Shown here piece by piece: positions 57,025 through 64,000 of a stretch of 64,000 nucleotides of DNA. The stretch is taken from NCBI GenBank assembly GCA_964571765.1, contig CAZNDH010000004.1:44170-108169 (forward strand), written 5' to 3'. Position 1 is the stretch's first letter. Every line of letters begins with the position of its first letter. Below the pieces are notes generated by a model. It was not told where the DNA came from, searched no databases, and saw only the letters and a list, made by a program, of their open reading frames with translations. The stretch is from an uncultured Acidimicrobiaceae bacterium. Lineage in GTDB: Bacteria > Actinomycetota > Acidimicrobiia > Spongiisociales > ZC4RG35. Both the position numbers and the translations under genes were made by a program.

Positions 57025-57744
57025 TCAGGCCGGGTATTCGGCCCGCCCGGAGAACAACACCGCCACTCCGACCACCAGACCTCCGGCGATGAACCCGTAG
57101 GAGAGCAAAGTCGAGGCGTGGGGGACTCCCTGGTTGATCAGGAGACCGAAGAGGAGGACTTCGGCGGCTATGACCAGCATCGCCGGGATTCGCGCCCATC
57201 TCGCCCTGATGGCGATGAGGAAGGCGAAGAACACCAGGGCCACCCCGCAGATCATGAAGGCCATCCAGAAGGGAACCGGCCCCACCGCGGCGACCGAGGG
57301 GTCGAAGTTGCCCGGTGGGACAGTGACCACGCTGAGCAGCGCCGCACCGAGTACCACTAGGGCCCCGGCAACGGCGACGCCGATGGACGCCAGCTTGGAC
57401 TCCTCGCCCTTGGCCTGAGCCTCCTCGACCTCGTGGAGCAACGGCCGGTCGGGGTTGTGGCGGGCGGCCACCCTTCGGGCCATCCTTGGTGAGGCAGTGG
57501 CGACTCCCAGCTCCTCGGCCACCCCGACATCGTCCTCGGCGCGCAGCAAGAACACCTCGCCCTCGGCCTTTATCGAGAACCCGTCGTCGAGGACGACCAC
57601 CCCGATGTCATGGATCGACCAGTCACCGACGACCTCCTCTCCGGCGAGAATCCGGATCCGCCCCAACTCGGCGTGAACCTTCACCGGATGTCCCTGCCCG
57701 GTCTCGCCCTTGAAGAGGATGGTCCCGTAGGTGTCTACCGCCAC
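57025..57744 (-). CDS. hypothetical membrane protein (soluble N-terminal module plus ~4 TM)
   Basis: GTG start preceded by TAGACT (57751-57756, minus strand) plus 6 nt. The C-terminal half is hydrophobic. Confidence 0.45.
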   Translation of the reverse strand: MAVDTYGTILFKGETGQGHPVKVHAELGRIRILAGEEVVGDWSIHDIGVVVLDDGFSIKAEGEVFLLRAEDDVGVAEELGVATASPRMARRVAARHNPDRPLLHEVEEAQAKGEESKLASIGVAVAGALVVLGAALLSVVTVPPGNFDPSVAAVGPVPFWMAFMICGVALVFFAFLIAIRARWARIPAMLVIAAEVLLFGLLINQGVPHASTLLSYGFIAGGLVVGVAVLFSGRAEYPA

Positions 57745-57753
57745 CAGACGAGT

Positions 57754-57783
57754 CTATGTCCCCCCGGGGAAGGGGGGACATAG
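57754..57783 (-). terminator. pnp terminator hairpin CTATGTCCCCCC-N6-GGGGGGACATAG
   Basis: 12-bp perfect stem beginning 5 nt after the pnp stop codon. It overlaps the -10 hexamer of the next gene. Confidence 0.6.
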
Positions 57784-57788
57784 CCACA

Positions 57789-60218
57789 TCACTCGCTGAG
57801 CTCTTCGAAAACCTCGTCGAAGCTCTGTGCCGCCCGTCGCCGTGTCCCGGCGGAGGCTTGATCGGCCCCCCGGGCTTGACTGCTCTGGCGATTGCCACCG
57901 TTGCGACCCTCGCGGCCCCCTCGGTCGCGGCCACCACGGTCACCTCCTCGGCCTCCGCGGTCGCGGTCGCGGCCGCCCCGGTCGCCGCCACGGCCCCGGT
58001 CGCGATCTCCCCGCTCCCGGTCGCCGCCACGTGGTGCCCCCGACTCGGAACTGGGGAGGGTGGCGCCTTCCAGCGCCTCGACCAACTCCAGGCTGACCTT
58101 GCCCCGGTCGATCTCGCGGACCCGCACCTTGAGGACGTCTCCTTCATCGAGGTAATCCTCGACCCGCTCCACCCGCTTCGACCCGTCGAGACGGGAGATG
58201 TGGAGCAGGCCGTCGCGGCCGGGAAGGATGTTGACGAAGGCACCGAACTTGGTGATGCTCACCACCTTGCCCTCGTACTCCGCTCCGATCTCGGCCTCGG
58301 GCGGGAAGGCGATCTGCAGGACCCGCTCCTTGGCTGCGGCCAGGGCCGCGCCGTCGTTGGAGGCGATGCGAACGACGCCCTTGCCATCGGTCTCTTCGAT
58401 CTCGATGGCAGCCCCGGTGACCTCCTCGAGCTCACGGATCACCGCGCCCTTGGGCCCGATGACCTCACCGATCTTGTCCTTGGGTATCTCCACCGACTCG
58501 ATGCGAGGCGCCCACTGGTTCATCTCCTCCCTGGGGCCGGCGATGACCGCGTTCATCGCCTCGAGAATCCTCAGTCGGGCGTCCTTTGCCTGGTCGAGGG
58601 CTCCCTTGAGCACCCCAGAGGGCAGACCCTGGATCTTGGTGTCCAGTTGAAGGGCGGTGATGACATTGGCCGTCCCCGCCACCTTGAAGTCCATGTCGCC
58701 CAGGGCGTCCTCGGCCCCGAGAATGTCGGTCAGGGTGGTGTACTTGCCGTCCTGGTAGATCAGCCCCATGGCGATCCCGGCCACCGCGTCGGAGACCGGA
58801 ACCCCGGCATCCATCAGCGACAAGCTGGAGGCGCATACCGAAGCCATCGAAGTCGACCCGTTCGAGGAGAGCACCTCGGAGACAAGGCGGAGGGCGTAGG
58901 GGAACTCCTCCTCGCTGGGAATCACCGGGAGGAGCGCCTTCTCGGCCAGGGCACCGTGTCCTATCTCGCGTCGCTTGGGACCCCTCATGAACCCGGCCTC
59001 CCCCGTGGAGAACGGTGGGAAGTTGTAGTGATGCATGTAGCGCTTGGAGTCCTCGATGGCCAGGGTGTCGAGCATCTGCTCCATCTTGAGCATGCCCAGG
59101 GTGGTCAGGTTGAGCACTTGGGTCTCACCCCGCTGGAACAGCCCCGAGCCATGGGTCCGATCGATGACGCCCACCTCCACGCTGAGCGGCCTGATCTCGG
59201 TCGGTCCCCGTCCGTCGAGGCGGGATCCGTCGTTGACCACCCGCTGGCGGGCCATGGTCTTGAACACCTTCTTGAAAGCCCTCCTGGCCTGGAGTGCCCC
59301 CAGCAGGTCGTCTTCGGGGAGCCCCAACTCGACAATGGTGGCCTCCAGGGCCTCTTCTTCGGCCTGGTTCCGCTCCTGCTTCGCGGTGATGGCCAGCACC
59401 GACTCGACCTTGGGACGGGCGATGCTCTCCACCTTCTCCAGGATCTCGTCGGTGTAGTCCACCGCCGGCTCCCACAGGAAGGGCTTCTTCTCCACCTCGG
59501 AGGCCAGCTCCAGCTGAAGATCGATGAGCGCCGCGATGTACTGCTTGGACTCTTCGAGCCCCTGTGCGACGGCTTCCTCGTCGGAGGGGCGGTCACCCTG
59601 GGCGATGAGCCGCAGACCGTCCTCGGTCGAACCGGCCTCGACCATGATGATGTCGATCTCCCCGTCGGCGTTGCGCCTGCCGGCGACCACCAACTCGAAC
59701 ACCGATTCATCGAGGTCGCCCTCGGTGGGGAAGACGATCCACTCCCCCTTCTTGAGCGCCAGGCGGACCCCACCGATCGGTCCTTCGAAGGGGATGGCGC
59801 TGACCGCCAGAGCGGCCGAAGCTCCGTTGAGGGCGACTACGTCGAAGGGGTTCTCCTGGTCCACCGCCAGCGAGGTCACCACGACATGAGTCTCGTAGCG
59901 GTACCCGTCGGAGAACAGCGGACGTAGCGGGCGGTCGATGAGGCGGCAGGTGAGGATGGCCTGCTCGGAGGGTCGGCCCTCCCTTCGGAAAAACGATCCG
60001 GGGATCTTCCCCACGGAATACATCCGCTCCTCGAAGTCGACGGTTAGGGGGAAGAAGTCGATACCTTCCCTCATCCATCTGTTGGCGGTGGCGGTGACCA
60101 GCATCACCGTTCCCCCCAGCATGGCGACGACTGCGCCGTCGGCCTGTCCGGCGAGCTTGCCGGTGCTGAGGGTCAGCTCCTTGTCGCCGATCTGTGCGCG
60201 AACTGATGTCTCGGGCAC
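57789..60218 (-). CDS. pnp: polyribonucleotide nucleotidyltransferase (PNPase) with an Arg/Gly/Asp-rich C-terminal tail
   Basis: Two RNase PH domains, KH and S1 (GKVVSITKFGAFVNILPGRDGLLHIS). I chose GTG 60218 because AAGGAG (60224-60229, minus strand) lies 5 nt upstream. The ORF extends to 60368. Confidence 0.9.
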   Translation of the reverse strand: MPETSVRAQIGDKELTLSTGKLAGQADGAVVAMLGGTVMLVTATANRWMREGIDFFPLTVDFEERMYSVGKIPGSFFRREGRPSEQAILTCRLIDRPLRPLFSDGYRYETHVVVTSLAVDQENPFDVVALNGASAALAVSAIPFEGPIGGVRLALKKGEWIVFPTEGDLDESVFELVVAGRRNADGEIDIIMVEAGSTEDGLRLIAQGDRPSDEEAVAQGLEESKQYIAALIDLQLELASEVEKKPFLWEPAVDYTDEILEKVESIARPKVESVLAITAKQERNQAEEEALEATIVELGLPEDDLLGALQARRAFKKVFKTMARQRVVNDGSRLDGRGPTEIRPLSVEVGVIDRTHGSGLFQRGETQVLNLTTLGMLKMEQMLDTLAIEDSKRYMHHYNFPPFSTGEAGFMRGPKRREIGHGALAEKALLPVIPSEEEFPYALRLVSEVLSSNGSTSMASVCASSLSLMDAGVPVSDAVAGIAMGLIYQDGKYTTLTDILGAEDALGDMDFKVAGTANVITALQLDTKIQGLPSGVLKGALDQAKDARLRILEAMNAVIAGPREEMNQWAPRIESVEIPKDKIGEVIGPKGAVIRELEEVTGAAIEIEETDGKGVVRIASNDGAALAAAKERVLQIAFPPEAEIGAEYEGKVVSITKFGAFVNILPGRDGLLHISRLDGSKRVERVEDYLDEGDVLKVRVREIDRGKVSLELVEALEGATLPSSESGAPRGGDRERGDRDRGRGGDRGGRDRDRGGRGGDRGGRDRGGREGRNGGNRQSSQARGADQASAGTRRRAAQSFDEVFEELSE
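57891..58034 (-). repeat. coding low-complexity repeat (RGGDR/GRDRD units)
   Basis: Encodes PRGGDRERGDRDRGRGGDRGGRDRDRGGRGGDRGGRDRGGREGRNG. The DNA shows reiterated ggtcgcg/ggtcgcc units. Confidence 0.8.
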
Positions 60219-60318
60219 ACTTGCTCCTTTGTTTGGGTGGAGCCGCGCCCGTTGGCAGTAGTCATGCCTCCGCCTGAAGGCATCGCCACTGTCAACCGAC
60301 ATGGCTCCTCTTGTCGTC

Positions 60319-60364
60319 GGGGCGTACTTCGCCCCTTTTGCACATGGGGGGCGCAGCGCGCCCC
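60319..60364 (-). promoter_or_regulatory. two GC-rich hairpins in the rpsO-pnp intergenic leader
   Basis: GGGGCGC-N3-GCGCCCC (60348-60364) lies 13 nt after the rpsO stop. GGGGCG-N5-CGCCCC lies at 60319-60335. Their position matches the rpsO terminator and pnp leader processing region known in other bacteria. Confidence 0.4.
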
Positions 60365-60377
60365 TCATGAATCCTTG

Positions 60378-60638
60378 TCAGCGCCGCAGACCCAGCTTGG
60401 CGATCAGGGCCCGGTATCTCTCGACGTCCTGACGTCGCAGGTAGTCGAGGAGCCTCCGGCGCTTGCCCACCATGAGCAGCAGTCCCCGTCGGCTGTGATG
60501 GTCGTGCTTATGGTCGCGAAGATGTTCGGTGAGATGGTTGATCCTCTCGGTGAGCAACGCCACCTGGACCTCGGGGGACCCGGTATCGCTGTCGTGGGTG
60601 CCGAACTCGGCGACGATGTCTGTGGTGGTCTTGATCAC
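60378..60638 (-). CDS. rpsO: 30S ribosomal protein S15
   Basis: [51 protein letters not shown] prefer GTG 60638 (86 aa). TTG 60698 (106 aa, overlapping the ribF stop) is the alternative. Confidence 0.9.
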   Translation of the reverse strand: MIKTTTDIVAEFGTHDSDTGSPEVQVALLTERINHLTEHLRDHKHDHHSRRGLLLMVGKRRRLLDYLRRQDVERYRALIAKLGLRR

Positions 60639-60694
60639 GCGTGAAATCTCTGTGAATGTGGGGAATCCACCGGCAATGCTACCACTTGCAAGGG

Positions 60695-61621
60695 TCAACC
60701 CACATTCCCCATCGCCCCCGGCAGAGTTCGTGTCTCCTCGACGTCCCGACCCATCTGATCCACCAACTCCTCGACACTGTCGAAGTGGAGCTCGGGCCTG
60801 AGGTAGCGGCCCAGCTCCACCATGATCTGTTCGTCGTAGAGGTCACCGGCGAAGTCGAGTAGATGGGCCTCTACCATCAGGGCGCCCCCGCCGAAGGTGG
60901 GACGCACCCCGATGTTGATCGCCGCCTGATGGCGGTGACCCTCGACGGTTGCATAGCCGGCGTAGACCCCGATTGCGGGAAGCACCTTTCGTGCGGGTGG
61001 CTCCAGGTTGGCCGTGGGGAACCCGATCTCCTTTCCCCGCCCGTCGCCGTGGATCACCGTCCCGGTCACCCGGAACTGATACCCCAGGGCGCGGGCTGCC
61101 TCCTCAGGCCGTCCCTCTTCGATCAGCTCCCTGATCCGGCTCGACGAGATCACCCGGTCGTCGTGGACCATCAGAGGTACCCCTTCGACCACGAAGCCGT
61201 GGGTCCGTCCCATCTCGACGAGAAGGTCGATGTCCCCGGTACGGTTCACACCGAACCGAAAATCGGTCCCGGCGGCCAGCTGGGCAACGCCGAGACGCTC
61301 CACCAGCACATCCTCGACGAACCGGGGGGCCTCGAGCTCCCGGATGTCAGCCAGGTCGAGCACCCCAACCTGTTCCACCCCGGCCTCACCGAGAAGGTCG
61401 ATCCTCTCGTCGATAGTGGTGAGCAACCTGGGATGGGTCCCTGGCACCAGGACCTCGATCGGATGGGGCTCGAAGGTGAGCACGGTTCGGACAAGCCCCG
61501 GGTCTAGACGAGCGATCAGGCTGCGATGCCCGAGATGCACGCCGTCGAGAACTCCGACTGTCACCGCGGTGGGAGCGGTCACCGAGGACCAAGTGTTGGG
61601 GTGGCCGTCCCAGACTCTCAT
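60695..61621 (-). CDS. ribF: bifunctional riboflavin kinase / FMN adenylyltransferase
   Basis: [16 protein letters not shown] and C-terminal kinase motifs ([14 protein letters not shown]). Confidence 0.9.
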   Translation of the reverse strand: MRVWDGHPNTWSSVTAPTAVTVGVLDGVHLGHRSLIARLDPGLVRTVLTFEPHPIEVLVPGTHPRLLTTIDERIDLLGEAGVEQVGVLDLADIRELEAPRFVEDVLVERLGVAQLAAGTDFRFGVNRTGDIDLLVEMGRTHGFVVEGVPLMVHDDRVISSSRIRELIEEGRPEEAARALGYQFRVTGTVIHGDGRGKEIGFPTANLEPPARKVLPAIGVYAGYATVEGHRHQAAINIGVRPTFGGGALMVEAHLLDFAGDLYDEQIMVELGRYLRPELHFDSVEELVDQMGRDVEETRTLPGAMGNVG

Positions 61622-62493
61622 TGGGGGAGGACTACCTCGGGGATGGCCGACTCTCCCGACCTACGGTACACCGCGAGGAGCTCCCCGTCCTCATCGATGA
61701 CCCGGTATGGCCGGTCCGCCGGGCCGTCGAGCAACTCACCGGCGACGAAGGCGACACCATGGCTCACCCCGTTGGCGGTCTCGGGCCCAACGGTCACCTG
61801 AGGCAGGTCGCCCAGTGCTTCGGCCGGTGAGATGAGGAACTCGGCCCACCGATCGAGCCGGTCGACCTCCACGGCGCGGTCGAGGCCGAGGGATCCTATT
61901 CGGGTGCGACGCAATGCGACGAGGTGAGCCGCCCCCCCGAGGACCGCGGCCATGTCGTCGGCCAAGGAGCGCACGTAGGTCCCTTGCCCACAGACCACCC
62001 GGAACTCCACCTCCGGGTAGGGACCGGGGCCTACAGAGAGGATCTCCAGCTGGTGGACCACCACAGGCCGGGCCTCGCGCTCCACCACTTCTCCCCGGCG
62101 GGCGAACTCGTAGAGGCGGCGTCCGTCCCTCTTCAGGGCGGAGACCATCGGGGGCACCTGGAGGATCTCGCCGATGAACCGGGCGGCGACCTCCTCCACC
62201 TCGGTGGGAGTTGGCCACATCTCCTCCCGGGTCAGCACCGCCCCGTCGGCATCGAGGGAATCGGTGGCCACCCCAAACAATGCGGTGGCCCGGTACTCCT
62301 TGGGCTGCGCCTGGATGAAGCGGATGAGTCGGGTGACCTTGCCCACCCCCACCACCAGCACTCCGGTGGCCATCGGATCCAGGGTCCCGGCGTGGCCTAC
62401 CTTCTTCACACCGGTGGCCCTCTTCACCAAGCCCACGACTTGGTTTGAGGACATACCTCTCGGCTTGTCGACAACGAGGAAGCCGGGGGTCAC
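61618..62493 (-). CDS. truB: tRNA pseudouridine(55) synthase
   Basis: GHAGTLDPMATGVLVVGVG motif. 4-nt overlaps with both neighbours. Confidence 0.9.
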   Translation of the reverse strand: MTPGFLVVDKPRGMSSNQVVGLVKRATGVKKVGHAGTLDPMATGVLVVGVGKVTRLIRFIQAQPKEYRATALFGVATDSLDADGAVLTREEMWPTPTEVEEVAARFIGEILQVPPMVSALKRDGRRLYEFARRGEVVEREARPVVVHQLEILSVGPGPYPEVEFRVVCGQGTYVRSLADDMAAVLGGAAHLVALRRTRIGSLGLDRAVEVDRLDRWAEFLISPAEALGDLPQVTVGPETANGVSHGVAFVAGELLDGPADRPYRVIDEDGELLAVYRRSGESAIPEVVLPQ

Positions 62494-63461
62494 CGGTACT
62501 CCTCGACCGCCGTCACCACCTGCTCGATCACCTTCTCGGGGTCTCCTTTGTCGACGGTGAATCCTGCGGCAAGGCGGTGCCCACCACCGCCGAATGAGGC
62601 GGCTAGGGCACCGACGTCAGTGCCTCCACGGGAGCGGAGCGACACCTTCACCCGCCCGTCCTCGTAACACTTGGCCAGCACCGCCACATCGGCCTCGACC
62701 GCGGTCCTCACGATGTCGATCAGGTTGTCGATATCTCCCCAGTCGATGCCAGCAGCCGACAGATCGCCCTGGGTGACCACCGAAGCCACCACCCCAGCCT
62801 CGGCGTCGAGACGGGCCCGGGACAGCGCTCTCCCGGTGGCGAGGAGAAACCCGAAGGGGACCTCTTCGTAGACCCGGCGGGAGATCTCCGAGGGCACAGC
62901 ACCGGCCTCTATCAACTCGGCGCCGATCCGCATGATCTCCGGGGAAGTGCTCGAGTATTGGAAACGCCCAGTGTCGGTGATCAGGGCAGTCATCAGGCAT
63001 TGGGCCACTTCGGGGGTGATCTCCCAGTCCAAGACTCGGAGCAGGTGGAACACCAATTGACCGGTGGCGCCGGCCCTCGGGTCGACCAGGGCGACGTCTC
63101 CGAAGCCGGTGTTGGTGACGTGGTGGTCGATCACCACCAGGGTTGCTGCCTTTCCCGCGTTCAACCCCAGCTCGCCGAGTCGATCGGCGGAACCGGCGTC
63201 GAAGACCACCATCGTCTCCGGCTCGGCGGGGAACTCCCGGGGGTCGACCAGCAAGTCCAGGCCGGGGAGGAAGTCGAGACTCCCGGCCAGAGAATAAGGG
63301 GTCCCGAAGCTGGCCACCACCTCCTTGCCGGCGGCGACCGCGGCAAGCCCCAAGCCCAGCATCGAGCCCAGGGCGTCCCCGTCAGGCCCGACATGACATG
63401 CCAGTGCCAGCCTCCCCGCCCTTTCGATCACTTCCGCCGCCCGCTCGATGGCATCACTCAC
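62490..63461 (-). CDS. nrnA: DHH-family phosphoesterase (NrnA-type oligoribonuclease/pAp phosphatase)
   Basis: HVGPDGDALGS, VVIDHHVTN and GGGGHRLAAG motifs. Confidence 0.8.
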   Translation of the reverse strand: MSDAIERAAEVIERAGRLALACHVGPDGDALGSMLGLGLAAVAAGKEVVASFGTPYSLAGSLDFLPGLDLLVDPREFPAEPETMVVFDAGSADRLGELGLNAGKAATLVVIDHHVTNTGFGDVALVDPRAGATGQLVFHLLRVLDWEITPEVAQCLMTALITDTGRFQYSSTSPEIMRIGAELIEAGAVPSEISRRVYEEVPFGFLLATGRALSRARLDAEAGVVASVVTQGDLSAAGIDWGDIDNLIDIVRTAVEADVAVLAKCYEDGRVKVSLRSRGGTDVGALAASFGGGGHRLAAGFTVDKGDPEKVIEQVVTAVEEYR

Positions 63462-63552
63462 GGCGTGCTCTCACTTCTCACGGAATGTTGACCCCCACCG
63501 GGCGAGTGGCTCGGGGGGGTCGGGGTTACATAGTTGTGGATACGGATGCGCA

Positions 63553-63888
63553 TCACTCTTCTTCCATGCCCTTGAGGATCTCTTCGATCCGGGTGCCCCT
63601 GACCACACCCGGATCGATCTTGAAGGCCAGCTCCGGCGTGTACTTCATCCGCACCTGACGGCCGAGGGCGGCCCGCAGCCGATGTGACGCCTTGCCCAAC
63701 GCCTTCAAGGCGGGCTCGCGATCCACCTCGGCGAGAACGTCGACGTAGATCACGGCGTGGCGCAGGTCGGGTGAGGTGTCCACCCCGGTCACCGTGACCA
63801 TCTCGAGGCGGGCATCGGTTAGTCGCTCGATCTCCTCGGCGACGATGTGGTGAACGATGGAGTTGACCCGCAACATCCGCCCACTCAC
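63553..63888 (-). CDS. rbfA: ribosome-binding factor A
   Basis: RVNSIVHHIVAEEIERL...VTVTGVDTSPDLRHAVIYV pattern. The GTG start overlaps the upstream stop (GTGA). Confidence 0.85.
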   Translation of the reverse strand: MSGRMLRVNSIVHHIVAEEIERLTDARLEMVTVTGVDTSPDLRHAVIYVDVLAEVDREPALKALGKASHRLRAALGRQVRMKYTPELAFKIDPGVVRGTRIEEILKGMEEE

Positions 63889-64000
63889 TCCGGCTCCTCC
63901 AACTCTGACCTGAACACGTCGATCACCTCGATGTCCGGACGGGAGTCAAGGTAGCGACGCAGCTTGGCGTACTGCGTAGCCAGATCTTTCCCGTCACGGG
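63885..64000 (-). CDS. DUF503-like (YlxP-type) protein, C-terminal part; 5' end outside the window
   Basis: Reads ...VDGKDLATQYAKLRRYLDSRPDIEVIDVFRSELEEPE-stop. It sits between infB and rbfA, as in many genomes, and does not look like an IF-2 C-terminus. Confidence 0.35.
   Translation of the reverse strand, partial: RDGKDLATQYAKLRRYLDSRPDIEVIDVFRSELEEPE

Noticed and set aside
441-59927. Many long ORFs antisense to or overlapping well-supported genes. Examples are 441-1265(-), 5395-6465(+), 16010-17290(-), 16792-18036(+), 26560-28038(-), 39571-40788(+), 41661-43007(+), 44927-45994(+) and 57756-59927(+).
   Set aside because: Their translations are Arg/Gly/Pro/His-rich and low in complexity, which is typical of stop-codon-poor high-GC DNA. 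Each lies opposite or out of frame to a gene with clear family motifs. None shows a domain signature.
60639-60698. TTG 60698 as the rpsO start, giving a 106-aa S15 whose start overlaps the ribF stop as TTGA.
   Set aside because: The 20 extra residues ([20 protein letters not shown]) have no counterpart in the ~89-aa S15 proteins I know. GTG 60638 gives a canonical length. This is not fully excluded, because the overlap geometry is attractive.
63885-64000. Partial minus-strand ORF at the right edge as the C-terminus of IF-2 (infB).
   Set aside because: The terminal peptide (...YAKLRRYLDSRPDIEVIDVFRSELEEPE) lacks the GD.IE...V.R ending typical of IF-2. It fits the small DUF503/YlxP protein often found between infB and rbfA.
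1-64000. Search for tRNA, rRNA, tmRNA, RNase P RNA, transposases, integrases, inverted-repeat-bounded elements, toxin-antitoxin pairs and restriction/defence genes.
   Set aside because: The intergenic gaps are short; the largest are 12378-12591, 43378-43598 and 49492-49996. None shows cloverleaf-type or other recognisable RNA-gene structure by eye. No ORF has mobile-element or defence-system motifs. A covariance-model scan would be needed to exclude small RNAs fully.

Overview
High-GC, densely coding chromosomal window of about 60 CDS, most on the minus strand. It looks actinobacterial (Actinomycetota). The markers are a mycothiol-type DinB enzyme, F420 biosynthesis genes and F420/PPOX-type enzymes, an ImuA'-ImuB / DnaE2 SOS mutasome with TCGAAC-N4-GTTCGA LexA boxes, and many apparently leaderless genes. 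4-nt start/stop overlaps (ATGA, GTGA, TTGA) are common.

Left to right:
- A partial LOG-family gene, a DinB-like enzyme, BtpA, an HD-GYP protein and a LuxR regulator.
- A flavin reductase-SDR-cofG-cofH operon.
- A DosR-like block: USP, a NarL-type response regulator head-to-head with a GAF histidine kinase, then SRPBCC-like and PPOX genes.
- An ABC exporter and an AroQ fused to an alpha/beta-hydrolase domain.
- DUF368, a lytic transglycosylase, dnaE2, dodecin, GlsB and an MBL hydrolase.
- A small membrane protein, a methyltransferase and a sulfatase-like membrane protein.
- A Bat-like MoxR-DUF58-giant BatA/vWA operon, preceded by a coiled-coil protein rich in Gly-Gln.
- A solitary ccmF, a fused FAD-monooxygenase/OYE gene coupled to valS, and a lower-GC islet with small secreted proteins.
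- icmF, an SGNH hydrolase, an F420-PPOX gene, a frameshifted membrane-protein relic, a 5-formyl-THF cyclo-ligase and plsC.
- imuA'-imuB, rarA and an Fpg/Nei glycosylase.
- The conserved DUF503-rbfA-nrnA-truB-ribF-rpsO-pnp cluster.

I found no rRNA, tRNA, CRISPR array, transposase or integrase, and no recognisable defence system. All family calls come from motif recognition by eye, because no searches were possible.

The most interesting items:
- The uncharacterised MoxR/DUF58/vWA module and its Gly-Gln-rich partner.
- The AroQ-hydrolase fusion.
- The roughly 250-aa N-terminal extension on a split CofH.
- The orphan ccmF overlapping its convergent neighbour by 173 nt.
- The low-GC two-gene secreted-protein islet.
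- The RG-rich tail on PNPase.
- A recurrent TANNNT-N6/7-start (leaderless) architecture, including back-to-back promoters for the two-component pair.
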